64,000 nucleotides of DNA from Epithemia pelagica. Its lineage: Eukaryota; Protista; Bacillariophyta. The notes beneath the pieces were generated by a model. The model had not been told where the DNA came from, searched no databases, and saw only the letters and a program-made list of their open reading frames with translations. The stretch spans positions 1 to 64,000 of the forward strand of contig OX337238.1 in NCBI GenBank assembly GCA_946965045.2, read 5' to 3'. Below are positions 32,221-44,712 of the stretch, piece by piece. Position 1 is the first letter of the stretch, and each line of letters starts with the position of its first letter. The position numbers and the translations under genes were made by a program.

Positions 32221-33382
32221 AAACCCTCCGACTAGGTGTCCGCTTCTTAGCCCCCCAGCCGCTCTCCGCGACCAACCATTTTAATTTTGGTTTTTTTGCA
32301 TTTTAGAAGAAAATTCCTGGTCAAAATGAAAATGATCACGCCGGCCTTCTGGATCACCCTTTTGAAATTTTGTGAGCAGGCGTGCGCACTTTGACCGTTG
32401 GTCTTCCCCATTCTTGATTGTCGTCCCAAATTGCGACCCACATTATTTTCACCACGCACCTTTTGACATGGACAATGGACATGCACCATCACAATGCATT
32501 CTCCATCATCTGCACACCATGGACATTTGACATATAGACCATAGATAGTGTTTTGCTTTACCCCCATCCTTTCTTTGTTTTTTCTAGGAGAAGTGTGGTT
32601 GTTTCTAGTGTTTGTGTCCGTTTAAAAGTGAACCCTCCTCCACAACACCGTGCCGTTGCCGTAGGCTTGTCTCTTTGCAACCACTTACAGTCCTATTTTA
32701 GAATACTTCTCTTTCTACTTGCGTTATGGAGCATGTAGAGTGTAGAGTCCCCTGCACTGCTGGGAAAGACAAGTCATGCTCATGGCAACAAAAAAAGAAC
32801 AACAAGAGCAGGTCGACATCACAATTCACAATCCACTAAAGACCCAAACTGAGCGACAGAGGAAAAATGGATGGCTTCCTCCACTTATCCTACCTACTCC
32901 TAATTGAGGTCTATAGCTCTATTTTGTCCTATAAGAATCCTACAAATGATGCCAGCAGCCCCCCATGGCATCGACAAAAAGGATGTTACATGGCACAAAC
33001 AAATGACACACTATGGCAACGTAGTGAGAGTCTAAAACTAAACATTGTCCATTCCAATGCAACTATTAGACATTCCAGCACTTACCATGCTGGATGTGCA
33101 GTGACAAAGATGAGATGAGATGCCCAGGGACGAAGCATGCCGTTTTTGGTGTTGGTTTGGTCATTGCCTCGTTTTGTTGCCTGCATAAATTTTGTGGCAT
33201 CTGGCTCACCGAACATAATTTTGAGTCTTGTTGAGCAGAACGCCTGCCATCTTCCAACTGTCACAGCACGCCAGCCTTTCCACCGATGGATTTGAAATTT
33301 CCATTCATTTTTTTGTCTGTGAGATTGGGTTTGTCTTGTCCGAACAGACGAGCTAAGAAGCGGACATCTAGTCGGAGGGTTT
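32221..33382. mobile_element. 1.16-kb non-autonomous or decayed TIR element, possibly piggyBac-like
   Basis: 31-bp TIRs AAACCCTCCGACTAG(G/A)TGTCCGCTTCTTAGC (1 mismatch); CCC..GGG core; no intact ORF; absent from duplication copy A; canonical TTAA TSD not seen. Confidence 0.82.
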
Positions 33383-33442
33383 TCACTCGCTCAAGTGTAC
33401 AGATGAGTTCGAAGAGTTGTTCCCTGGACGTCCTGTCAGACA

Positions 33443-36400
33443 ATGTCATTTTCTTTTTTCCAAAAACGCATTGTTGGAATTGTTGGCATTGAACGACCGA
33501 GACTGCCGCAAAGTATTGTCCATTGTCAACCAAGAAAAGGCGCGTATTTTGGTTTTTTTGCTCCTACTGGAAGTCGCAGAGTGGTACTCTTTTGTGGTAC
33601 TGACAACACCATACTCCAGGTCCACGGTCCATTGTCAATGTCCTTTTTTGTGGTCTCTTCCTCCCCGTTGTTGGACCAGGACAAGGACAACGAGGAAGGT
33701 TCTGCTACTAGCAATACTACTACTGATAGAAGTGATAGCCACGGCGACTTGCTTTCCGCCGACGTTTGGTTCATGAGGACGACCGAACAAGTGTTGTCTG
33801 CAGCCTCTTGTTGTGGCACCACCAATACAACCACAATATCGGAAGTTCCTCCCACAACAAACAATACAACAAACAGCACCCAACGTCTCGTACCTGCTGC
33901 TGTCATCCAAAAGACGGTTGGTGGTGGTGGTGTTTTGGTGGAGGAGGACGACGACGCTTCGACCGCAACCAGTTACAGTCGTCGCAGTGTCACTTCCACG
34001 ACATCGTCGCTGTCGGCCAGTACCAACCAAAGCAACCAAAGCAGCCACAAGAACAAAAGCAGTCGCCAAGGGTCGTTGAGTGGTGGCCCCAATAATCCCC
34101 AACGCCGCAAGAGTCGACGCCGCTTGCAACAAATTGCCGCCTCGTGGTTCTCTCCTTCTTCAGCCAATAAGAAGCAAGTCCACACAGGGCAGCATCGGAG
34201 AGGCAGTACCGGAAGTCGCAAGGATCCCAGTGTGTATCGGAAAAGCAACAGTCATTTGTCGTCCAGTTCCTCGGTTGCTTCGTCCAAGTCTCGTGCGGCC
34301 TCTTCTGCTTCTTCTGCGTCTTCCACCACAAGCAACGACAAACACAACCACAAGAACAACGACATGCCTCCCCAACCATCCACTTCTTCTTCTTCCATGG
34401 ACAATGACGACGATGTTCGCAGTGTGACGAGTCACAAGAGTTCCGCCAGTGCTCACTCGTTTCGTTCCTTGCCCACCAAAACCTTTCGACACAAGAAACC
34501 CTTGAGATCTCTGCGCAAATGGGCCGCCGCCCAGTCGTCCAACCACAACAATAACCATAACAACAATTACCATAACAATTCAGCACCACAAGCATCACGC
34601 CAACAATCACAGCAGCAACCACCAGCACCATTTCAACCCGCCTCCTTGTTGCAACCGAACAGTGCCGATTCCGAAGACAGTCCAGTCAATACCAGCCATG
34701 ACTCCAGTGGTCTCTATCCGCAACTACAACAACCACAACAGGCCGTTCCATCCACAACAAAGGCCGTAACCCTTGTCCAAGAGACCACGAAAACTTCTCA
34801 CTCTTCGGAATCCATATCATCGACCATTTCCTCCTCTCAGACGAGTAAGGAGCCAGCCTCGGTCACCAACAAGGCCTCCTCTTTGTCGTCCACAACACCA
34901 AATGTTGCTCCACCGCCCGAACCCTGTTTTGAGTTGATGCCAATGGCCAAACACGACGAATACATTGATTATTCCTCCTCCACCTCCCTCGAACGACTGA
35001 GTCAAACGGTCGAGTCCTACTTTCGACAATGGCATGTCGATCAAGGAGCGCAACAACACGTTTCCTATTACAATCACAACCATAATAATAATAAGAGAAC
35101 CCAGGAAGCAGGACTCGACGCATCCAATGAACCGGGCAGCAGCGCATTGGTACCAGCGACACCTGCCATTTTTGCCTCCATGCGAGATCCACGGACCATT
35201 CCGACACGGTCCACCCAACGATCCTTGCGCACCCATCAGTCGCATCCTCCACAAGAACAACAAGAAGAAGAACACGGATCCTCGTCCTGGACCTTGCCCC
35301 ATGTCGATCCGACTCCCTCCTTGCCGCGACAGCAACAGACACAACAGCAACCCGTGCGTCCCCTCCGACAAGCCACCTTTACGTGGACCTTGTCCTATTA
35401 TGTGCAGTCCACCAGGGTGTCGGTACCCATGGAATTGCAATTGGCCTTATGGGATGACTTGTCGTCGTCGTCGCCGTTTCCCAATGTCGTGCCACAACCA
35501 CAACAATCACCGCAGTCGCAACACCACGTGCCCGGGGCCCTCCATCCACGACACGACCCGTCTCAACCAGGACCGACAGCAGCAACACAGCAATGGTCTC
35601 CCTGGTCCAACTTGTCGGCCTTGTTTGGCATTGGACAACACATTACCTTGACACCCGTCGTCCCCAACAACGCGGCCTGGATCCACAATCCCTTTGCCCA
35701 CTTCGTCACACCAACACACCACGACACGAATTGGACGGATGGAACAAACGTCTTGCATGAATTTTTGCATCAGTCCCTGTTGCCCTCCCTCTACGAGCGT
35801 CAGGAACAAGACTCGCATACGGCCTCGGCCGCCTTGGCCCATGTCTTGTCCTCGTGGTTTCAAACCGCCTTGAATCTCGCTGCCGCCGAAACCTCGTGTC
35901 AAATTCCCACCTTTGGATGGTGGGGACACGGCTATCATCCCATGACCATGACAATGACAACCACCATGACATCATTGCCAACCCAAGCGTCGTCGTCCTT
36001 GGTTGTGGTGGAACCGACCGAAGGAGGAGAACAAGGACCAGCTGCGGAGGAATGGTCCGTCACCACGGGGAGTTCCAGTCTCACAGGTGGCACAGCCAGC
36101 GGAATAATGGTGCCGACGGAAAAGGAGGAATCTCTTGTCGTAGTGCCAGTAGCGCTACAACTCGATGTGGGATTTCCACCCTGGTTGCATCACACATGGC
36201 ATCGACAAGCTCATGTTCCACCCCAACCGTTGGAATCCACAAGCCGTCCTACGTCCCTCTTTCCCGATACGTCCAGGAATCGGCCCCAACGGAGACGTCG
36301 GAGACGCTCCTCCTTGAACAATCGCTCCTCCATTGACGCGTTTGGTTCCAACGAAAAGGAAGGCTGGTGCAACCTTCATCATTTTGCACCCCTCATGGCA

Positions 36401-39400
36401 GGAACGTGTTACTCCGACAGCAAAGAAAAAGAGAGTCCCAAACGAATCTCCTTTTGGATGGGGACCTTACCCCAAACCGCCGCGCCCTCCACGGCCAAGA
36501 CCCGTTTGGCCACGTGGGGCGATTTGCTCTTGCGATATTGTCCTCCGCCCAAGATGGACCAAGCGACGAATGCTTCTTCTTCGTCTCCCAATAGTGGAAG
36601 TACCACTGCCACAGGAACAGCCCCCGTTTCTCCGACTCGTTTGGATTCGTATTCGTCCTGTTTGTTACAACAACCACAAGGGGTGGTCCATTTGTGGTAT
36701 GCTCGACATGTCTATTGTTGGACCAAGCAACCGACATCGTCCGCTTCTTTGACGCGAACGCTCGATCGATCCTGGGAAAGTTCCGGAGGATCCACCTTGC
36801 ACTCTCCGCCCAATTCACCGCGGTCGAGTTCCATGGATGGGGCCCATGCTTCTTCTTCAGCTTCTGCTGCTGCTTGGAGATCACCACTGACGACAACACT
36901 GTTGGCACCACCCGCCAATTTGGAGCTCACACGACAAGAACAATTGCAACAGCAACAACAAGAAGCGCTGGAGCGGGATATGCGACAACTGCAGAGTCAT
37001 TTGTTGGATTTGGTAGCGACAGCAGCCGGTGCCTCCCAAGACGATCCATTGTGGGGTCCGGTTGAAGACCCGATTTATTCCTTGTGGGCTTTTGTCACGT
37101 GGAAACCCACCGTACCCGACAACTCTTTGAAGACCTCCTTTCAAACGTCTCCGGCACGGAATGCGTCCAGTCAAGTCTCGGGAATGGAGCCTCCGTCTCC
37201 CCGGCCACCTCCGCTCCATCCGGCATCTCCCATGCGGACAATCACCACCAAGACTGGCAACGAGACAAAGGAAGAGGAGGAGGAGCAACAACATCCCGTT
37301 CAGCCGCTGTTGCAACTGCCACTCAAAATTCGATCCAGTCAAGCCTTGTCTCAGGAGGATTGGGTCGAGGCGGAAGAGGCCATTGAAAGCAGTGTCTTGA
37401 ATCCACTCCGGGCATTGTCCTTTACCCTCCAAGTCCGACATGATGCATCTGTGGTTCGTACTCCCCTCGCCGCAATGCAGCATTGTTTGCTAGCCGCCTT
37501 GATTCGAACCAGTACCTTACCCGGTGAAACCTTGTTGTCCGATTTGACGGATGCGGCGATTTTGGAACACTGGGATACCGCTGCTGGAAATGTCATTGCT
37601 CGTGAACTGGCACAACAAGCGCCGGGTGTGGGATCTACCACCATGGCATTGGTCAATGCAATGGATTGGGCCTATGCGATGGAAGATTTGATTGAACCCT
37701 GGCAAACCATGGATATTGTCCGACAAGTTCTGGATACGACCGTACGAGAACAGTTTCTCATGCTGCATCACCAACATCACAACCAATTTTCTCTGTTGCA
37801 GCCGTCCAGTAGTAGCAAGGACGACACACAGGACAAGTCCTCGGTACACTCGTTGCTCAAACCGCTGCCCAAGGCGGCACCCTTTGGTCGCTTGTTTTCC
37901 ATACTGTGTGTCTATATATCTCGAGTCCGATCCCCTTCTTCCATGGTTCAAGTGTTTGGGACCTTTGTCCAAGAACTGCGACGACGTTGGGACTTTCGAG
38001 AACTCTTACCAAACATGCAAACGCCCTTGTGGGGGTTTGATTGGGACCAAGAACCGACCACCTCAGCGTCCTCGGCGTCGGCGGCTCCTTCCACAGCAAG
38101 GTATTTGGGCCTTGGTGGTGGAAAGTATGGACCACAGTCGCCGGTTTCTTCGTCTTTGGACCAACAGATGGAGCTTCCGACAGACTACCATTGTTTGATT
38201 GGACAAAAATTACAAGTCTTTCATTTGTGCTTGGAAAGCATTGTGGTGGAAGAGACTGGACTGTCGCCAGACGGTATGGAAGAACCGAAAGGTCGCCGCT
38301 TGGACTACGAGGCACTCCCTCCGGTCATTGAAGCCTCTCCTCGAAGCAGCAACCATAATTTGCCATTGCCATCGGAGGAAGCCGGAGATGGGAATGCTGG
38401 TGGTCCGTATGAGTCAGAAGTGGACGATGCATCTGTTTTGACCTTTTATACGAAGCCATTTGCCATCGGACAGCCCTTTGACGATCCCATGACCGAAGAC
38501 GAACACAATAATACGGAAGATCGATTTGATACGAGTTTGCCTCCGGGGGCAGGAGCAAAGAAATTCAAAACATTTCCACACGGAAGCAACCATGACGCGC
38601 AAAGTGTTGCAAGCCAGCAGTCTCGGTATTGGGATTCTCGAAGCGTGGCGAGTCAGGCGACGAGAAGAACCCGCAGAACGTTTGCAGATGACCCAAGTGT
38701 GGCGACTTTTCATACTGGGCAAATGACACAGTACTATGACGCGGACCAACCCAGCCAAACAGAGGCAAATGAGCCTGTCCCGACGTGGATGACCACCCGC
38801 AAGGGAGCCCGGTGTCCCGTCGAAGGTCAAAGCATCCGAAGCAACGGACATCAAGTCTTTGCACCCTATCTACAGCGCCCTTTGCCGCTGACAGACGATT
38901 TGATGGCCCAGCGAAGACAATGGTTGGGTACCTCTTCGAGTTCGGGAACGAAAGGGCATTCAAATCTTGGCATCGCCAAGCTTTCACCCATGTCGTCTCA
39001 GAGGGATATTCTAGAACGTGTTGAAGTGGCCAACATGATGCATCGGTCAAAATTATTGTCCGACATGAGTGCCTTCAAGGCGGCTAATCCTGGATGCGAC
39101 TTGGAAGACTTTATCGATTGGTACGGTGAACCACGCAGCCCTTTGACGGACGATCAGCAAGCTCAAGAACCTTTATCCTCCTTGTCGTCGTCCACCATGG
39201 ATGCTCCGAATCCTGAACCATGCCCATCACCACCAGCAGCATCGAGTCTAGCAGTCGAGCGCACACGGGAGTTTTGGTCCAAAACATGGAAGGAAGCACC
39301 TTCTGTCGCGGCGGAAGATCAAGAGCCCTTGTTCCGAGCTTCAGATACTGTGGAAATTGCCCTGGATTATCTAGAGACCCTTCATCCGGCCAACTTGATA

Positions 39401-40204
39401 AGCAGCGTTCTGGCAACCAACTTGAGCAATGCATACTTTTCGTTGGTGATTTCAGCCCAAGTCGGGGCAGATATTGGAGAAGATGCGACTCAACTTGCAA
39501 GTATACACGCATCCTTGACGCGACTTCGCGAAAAGGTTGCAACAGCCTTGAATCTCTTGTCGGCAGACACCATCACGCAACATGGCAAGGCACAGATGGC
39601 ACACAAGCAATCATCGCATCTGAAAAGCCAATCGATTCCATCTTCGGTATCAAGCTATACTTCGTTGGAGACGTTGTCGGCCTGTGAGACGGCCTGTCGC
39701 ACCATTGGAGAAAACGAAGTACTGTTGGCCAATGCGTTGTCACTTCTCCATAAATTTCCCAGCCAATATGATTTGGTGGAGCGTTTGCTCCGAGAATACT
39801 TACAACAACAACGCACGAATGGACGACGAGCAAACAGTACCAAGGTTACAGAGATTGTTTCGAATCTCGAGATCGATGACAAGGACGCATCCTTGCGTCA
39901 ACACGTGTTGGAAGCATTGGCCACAAAAGCTGGGACCAATTCTCATGGCCGCCTTTCAACCATGCACCAACAGCCATCTCTACTCTTTCCGAAACGACGG
40001 CAGGGCGGCGCTTCGGCTCCCCCTCCTCCACCCGTCCTACGGGAATACTTGTTTCGCAATACCGACGAAGCGCATCCATGTCAGCTAACGGTCCGATGCG
40101 CCGACGAGAAAAAGATGGATCCGGACAAGACTCGAAGACAACGGGAGAGTGTGTTTGGTGGTCTCATGGTTGCCATTACCAGAACCGAATCCATCGAGGA
40201 CTAA
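33443..40204 (+). CDS. RAB3GAP1: Rab3 GTPase-activating protein catalytic subunit (up to 2253 aa)
   Basis: DYSSSTSLERL..VE..W, KAAPFGRLF, QELRRRWD, LIGQKLQV, APYLQ..PLTDD, LLSDMSAFKAANPGCDLEDFIDWY, QEPLF..E.ALDYLE. Exact start uncertain. Confidence 0.9.
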   Translation: MSFSFFQKRIVGIVGIERPRLPQSIVHCQPRKGAYFGFFAPTGSRRVVLFCGTDNTILQVHGPLSMSFFVVSSSPLLDQDKDNEEGSATSNTTTDRSDSHGDLLSADVWFMRTTEQVLSAASCCGTTNTTTISEVPPTTNNTTNSTQRLVPAAVIQKTVGGGGVLVEEDDDASTATSYSRRSVTSTTSSLSASTNQSNQSSHKNKSSRQGSLSGGPNNPQRRKSRRRLQQIAASWFSPSSANKKQVHTGQHRRGSTGSRKDPSVYRKSNSHLSSSSSVASSKSRAASSASSASSTTSNDKHNHKNNDMPPQPSTSSSSMDNDDDVRSVTSHKSSASAHSFRSLPTKTFRHKKPLRSLRKWAAAQSSNHNNNHNNNYHNNSAPQASRQQSQQQPPAPFQPASLLQPNSADSEDSPVNTSHDSSGLYPQLQQPQQAVPSTTKAVTLVQETTKTSHSSESISSTISSSQTSKEPASVTNKASSLSSTTPNVAPPPEPCFELMPMAKHDEYIDYSSSTSLERLSQTVESYFRQWHVDQGAQQHVSYYNHNHNNNKRTQEAGLDASNEPGSSALVPATPAIFASMRDPRTIPTRSTQRSLRTHQSHPPQEQQEEEHGSSSWTLPHVDPTPSLPRQQQTQQQPVRPLRQATFTWTLSYYVQSTRVSVPMELQLALWDDLSSSSPFPNVVPQPQQSPQSQHHVPGALHPRHDPSQPGPTAATQQWSPWSNLSALFGIGQHITLTPVVPNNAAWIHNPFAHFVTPTHHDTNWTDGTNVLHEFLHQSLLPSLYERQEQDSHTASAALAHVLSSWFQTALNLAAAETSCQIPTFGWWGHGYHPMTMTMTTTMTSLPTQASSSLVVVEPTEGGEQGPAAEEWSVTTGSSSLTGGTASGIMVPTEKEESLVVVPVALQLDVGFPPWLHHTWHRQAHVPPQPLESTSRPTSLFPDTSRNRPQRRRRRRSSLNNRSSIDAFGSNEKEGWCNLHHFAPLMAGTCYSDSKEKESPKRISFWMGTLPQTAAPSTAKTRLATWGDLLLRYCPPPKMDQATNASSSSPNSGSTTATGTAPVSPTRLDSYSSCLLQQPQGVVHLWYARHVYCWTKQPTSSASLTRTLDRSWESSGGSTLHSPPNSPRSSSMDGAHASSSASAAAWRSPLTTTLLAPPANLELTRQEQLQQQQQEALERDMRQLQSHLLDLVATAAGASQDDPLWGPVEDPIYSLWAFVTWKPTVPDNSLKTSFQTSPARNASSQVSGMEPPSPRPPPLHPASPMRTITTKTGNETKEEEEEQQHPVQPLLQLPLKIRSSQALSQEDWVEAEEAIESSVLNPLRALSFTLQVRHDASVVRTPLAAMQHCLLAALIRTSTLPGETLLSDLTDAAILEHWDTAAGNVIARELAQQAPGVGSTTMALVNAMDWAYAMEDLIEPWQTMDIVRQVLDTTVREQFLMLHHQHHNQFSLLQPSSSSKDDTQDKSSVHSLLKPLPKAAPFGRLFSILCVYISRVRSPSSMVQVFGTFVQELRRRWDFRELLPNMQTPLWGFDWDQEPTTSASSASAAPSTARYLGLGGGKYGPQSPVSSSLDQQMELPTDYHCLIGQKLQVFHLCLESIVVEETGLSPDGMEEPKGRRLDYEALPPVIEASPRSSNHNLPLPSEEAGDGNAGGPYESEVDDASVLTFYTKPFAIGQPFDDPMTEDEHNNTEDRFDTSLPPGAGAKKFKTFPHGSNHDAQSVASQQSRYWDSRSVASQATRRTRRTFADDPSVATFHTGQMTQYYDADQPSQTEANEPVPTWMTTRKGARCPVEGQSIRSNGHQVFAPYLQRPLPLTDDLMAQRRQWLGTSSSSGTKGHSNLGIAKLSPMSSQRDILERVEVANMMHRSKLLSDMSAFKAANPGCDLEDFIDWYGEPRSPLTDDQQAQEPLSSLSSSTMDAPNPEPCPSPPAASSLAVERTREFWSKTWKEAPSVAAEDQEPLFRASDTVEIALDYLETLHPANLISSVLATNLSNAYFSLVISAQVGADIGEDATQLASIHASLTRLREKVATALNLLSADTITQHGKAQMAHKQSSHLKSQSIPSSVSSYTSLETLSACETACRTIGENEVLLANALSLLHKFPSQYDLVERLLREYLQQQRTNGRRANSTKVTEIVSNLEIDDKDASLRQHVLEALATKAGTNSHGRLSTMHQQPSLLFPKRRQGGASAPPPPPVLREYLFRNTDEAHPCQLTVRCADEKKMDPDKTRRQRESVFGGLMVAITRTESIED

Positions 40205-40799
40205 AAGAGTCATTCAATCTTGTTTGTTGTTGGGGAGACAGAAACGGAATGCGGATGACTACACGTGTACTGTAGTTCACAATAAAGCACGATATATTTA
40301 TAATAATAGATCTGGGGTTTTGTATCATATTCGAGTCAGGGTTCTGATTTACTTTTGTTCTCCACTGGCAACGACGACGAACTGTCCTCGGGATTTGCAC
40401 CCAAAATCCAATCATTCGAGGTATTTCGGACCGCGGCAGACTATCCAAGATGCTCACTGGCGGTTGTCCTCCCACAAATGATGGGAAACGATCAACTGCC
40501 GTCAACGTGCAAGCCACAGGGCATTTAATTCTCACCTTAGACCACAACAGCTCGACATAAAAGCGTTAGACAGTGGCCAAACAGTCAAGAACTAGAGAAG
40601 AAGGAGTATCGTTTGTGATGCTATTTCTTCGATGAATCACAATAGAGGTAGGAAATTTATGAACCGATTCAAACACGTCTTATCAGCGACCAATACATTT
40701 TGATTGACACACAGGAGCGAACAAAAAGATCCAAAAGAGATCCAACAAAGTACTTAGACGATGATGAGACAAATCGACATGATGAGGGCGATGTCGCCG

Positions 40800-42213
40800 C
40801 TCGCGTATACGGTCTTTTCCCCCGCAGAAACCTTTACGTTCCAACAATGTACTTCCTTATCATTATGTTCGATATCTAGTGGCAGAATCACCAGAAGATC
40901 CTGGACCTGAGGACGTTGCTCATCATCAATTCTGGAGACTGAGAGGCCAAATCAAAGCACTGACGTTGTCACGACTTCGGGAGGAATGTCAAAAACAGGC
41001 CCTCTTTCTGGGCCACATTTCCTGAAGAAACGAGTCGGTGAGGTTTTCCTGTGACCAAACCAACAGATGACCAACACGCTTGATCGAAGAGATGCTCCCT
41101 CATCACGCTTCCCTTACTACGAGTACTTTCGTGGAGGTCACAATGGCAAAGAAACGGATGCCTTATGTTCGCTGAAGGTCAACTTATGATATGGCAATTC
41201 CAGGGGTGGTTCTTCAATCGATAATGTGGAGTTTCCGAAAAAGAGACTGGCAAAGGATTCCCCCAAGGCTGCCGCTAGATCCTTTTTACCACTGGTTCGA
41301 ATTTCTTCGTTTAACCGCAAGGACAATCGAACGGTCCCACACAAGCGACAAAACAATTGATGGCCACATTTGAACCACCCGTACTCACTGATGAGACGGA
41401 TTTAGGAAGTGCCTGAGCACTGCTACTATTGGTTGCGTTGCTGGTGTTGTTGCTGCCATTGTTGTTTGTTGAAGCCCCTACTTTCAGCACTTGTTCCTTA
41501 AACCACGTGACAATTTCCAAAACGGCTGTCGTGAAAGAGAAGTTGGAGGAGGACATGAGAGAAGACTTTTTCTTCGCGCTGTCGCCCGCGTTGGCTCCTC
41601 CATTCCACTTGGTCGCATTGGTATCAGGTGTGTACACTTTGAACATCATGGGAATGGTCCACATGACATCATCTCGAATGAGACTGACGGAATCAAAGAG
41701 CAATTGTTGACAAATGGGCCACATATGGACATGAATCAATTCGGGTGGCAAGCGGCAAACTCCGGGCCAGGTAATCCCGTTCGCGCCAATTCAAGACCAT
41801 CGGATGGGTGGCCGATCGTTTCTTGGCTCCCAAACAATCTTCGCCATGCATGACACGGCTCCAGGCCAGAAACAAATCAGTCCGATGCTGCGTCGTAGGC
41901 AAAATGCCCAAAAAGGTGGGAAATCCTCGAATAATATTGAGTCGAACGGCTTCGTCGGAATCTCGCAAAAATAATCCGTAAACACGGGTCAGATATCCGC
42001 CACGGCAATTTCGGGTCCCAAAATGTGAGCCACGGTGTCGAACGAACTGGCCAAACACCGCTTGACGGGAAGGGGTGGATCCGAGGGGGCCGTCCTTGTC
42101 TTGGGAACGGCTCCACCATCCTCAATGGGGTTGCCATCTTCATCCACAGCGGGAGCTTCTTCCGGTTCAGGTTTACCAGCCGCCTTGGTCGAGTGGTTCG
42201 GACCTTTGCTCAT
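40800..42213 (-). pseudogene. HEAT-repeat PP4R1/PP2A-A-like fragment, frameshifted
   Basis: VKRCLASSFDTVAHILGPEIA, FLRDSDEAVRLNII, WRERDYLARSLP and LLFDSVSLIRDD lie in three different frames. Confidence 0.6.
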
Positions 42214-43529
42214 GATGGTCTCGGTTCCTGGGTGTCCAGGGTTCGAGTCTGCTGTGATTAGGTGGTTGGGAGGGCTCTAGATGTGGGGCCCGAAAAGCGG
42301 TTCGTCTATGTGGCCCCTTGTCACAAGCGGGCTGTCCCCCCGCTCCATGATTCCGAGTGTCATGGCGCCAGGGCAGTCAGTCGACCGTACCCTAGCGGGT
42401 AGGCGCGGCAGCTGGAAGAATAGACTATTCCCTTTTTTTCTTCAGGTTGAGGTTCAACAAGCTGCTCTGCAATAGAAGGCAAAGAAGCAAAGGAGCGGTA
42501 AGAAGCTTTGTACTTCTTCCTGACAGTACTGTATTTTAACAGTAGATCGAACGACACCGACACCGGGGATTGCCTCGGCGTCGGAACAGGCACAAAGCTG
42601 CAAGCATTGGTCTTGCGACGTTTGTTTTTGTTCACAAACTCGAAGCCGCGACCGCGCTTGCGCTTCATGCGACTACATTCACACACGAATGGTGGAGAAT
42701 TCACAAGGTCAGCACAACAAGTAAAGACAACAATACGCATGATACGATTTTCTTTTTTTGGTTTTTTGGTTTTGGTTTTGGTTTGGCAGCAATTTGATTT
42801 TCATACGAGGGTTTTTGGTTTTGTGTTTGGAGCGTGCGAGCGGACACTTTTGCTTCGCCTACGAGACCAGCCAAAAAGTAAAGTAGACGATGCCGGTTTG
42901 CGTGTGAAGGCCGTCGGCACGGCAATGGAGGTGCGGCGAGTCGGCGCTTGACGAAAGCAACCAACAATCCACCAAGACGAGGACCGAGGACCGAGGACCG
43001 AGGACCACGCACACAACCGTCCGTGGAACACAACCAAGAGAGAGAGAAAAAGAGGTGGAGAGAACGCCATTCGGAAAGCAAATCCACCATGAACACGGCC
43101 ATCCAGAAGGACCAGGAAGAAGAAGAAGAAGATCGTGTCGTGGGCCCGTCGTCATTCGTCCTCCAAGAGCAGCGATATTCGTCCCGAAAGTGGTGGTGTG
43201 CACAACTCAAGAAGGGACGAACGACAAAGACAATGACCACGACGGTTGCGCTCGTAGTGCCGAAGACGACAAGGACGGCAACAGGAACAATCCTAACAAG
43301 AAAGAGGAGGAGGATGAAGACACTTCTACCGCTGTGATTGCTGGCAAGGCAGGAGGATTGGGCAAATCCATTGTAGGGAGCACTGCAATACGTCCTTTCG
43401 GAGTATGAGTGGTAGCCTGCACAGTGGACCAGCCATCGATCATGGTTTGTTGCAGGAAGAACCTAACTTGGAGGGAGCCGCGATCAGAACCAAATTTCCA
43501 TAAGACCGTCCATAGCAGACCTCTGTTCG

Positions 43530-44712
43530 ATATCCCTTGATTGATGCCAATTGCGTCATTAGCGGGGGAAGCAACAACAACCACAGCAACCAGAGGCATG
43601 TTTTTTCCGTCGAGGTGGAGCCAAACCAAGGAGAAGAAGAACCCATGACACGACGACGAGAAACAACCTGAACAAGAGTTCCAAAGAAAAAGACTCCACC
43701 TCAACAACTCTCCACGACGATTCATTTATCGAGGGGCCATTTTCGACACGGCATCCTTCACCAATGAGGGCCTGTACCACAAACCACTTCTTCTTCTTCT
43801 TCTTCTTCTTCTGTCTCTACAACCAAGTCTGCGGTTGGAAAAGAGAAACCAGCATCCTCATCATCTCCAGTTGTTCCACTAGCGACCAAGACCGATGCGC
43901 ATACAGCAGCTAATGCCTGGAAGATAATGAGCGAGTCCTTTCATCCATCCAAACAAGCCGAATCATCTTTCTTGCCGACCAAAGACGAAACTACTACGAC
44001 GACGACAAGGCTCCAACAGCCATGGATACCACGCGGACAGGACGACAACCGAATCCGGAACAACAACAAGTGGCGGAAGAATTCGTATCGTCCCAGGCCA
44101 ATAGTGAATTGTTGCAACATGATTTGGCCCAGGCCAAAGAACTCTTGTTTCGAGAATATATTGTACCAAGAACGACGAGCCAGACCCGAATGAAAAACTG
44201 CCACAACCACGGATTGGGCGGCGCATGTTGTGCCCTTACTTTTTTCCGATACCAGAAGATACAACCAACTATCCAAAGATTCTTCAACTATTTCATCCCT
44301 GCTCGCACTACGACAAGGTCGAACATGTCTGGGATCGAACAACCTTTTGGGTCCAACGCATGTGGACCTTTTTGGGTATAGCCTGTATCCCAATCGTCTC
44401 GAAAAGGTGATGCAACAACAAACACGACGCAACATCATGACCGCCACGGCCTTTTCTCCCACTCGCCACAACAACAACAACGACAAGACAATGCCACTGT
44501 CGACCATGGAAGGCAACTGTTGGGATCCGGAAGGGCTGGTCCTGGCCGACATTGGTCGATGGTTGGGTTCGAAATTATTAGATGTCAGTATATTCAGAAT
44601 CCAGAATGGCTGTTCTCCACGTCGGAGCAACAGCCACAACCATCCGAACAAACCAGGAACGGGAGTCGAACGACCAACAACCCCAACCGCAACATGCCCC
44701 TCGTCCGTATAA
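43530..44712 (+). pseudogene. Probable decayed gene, family not recognised
   Basis: Protein-like segments (ELLFREYIVP; HVDLFGYSLYPNRL; EGNCWDPEGLVLAD) split over frames with a stop. Confidence 0.3.
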
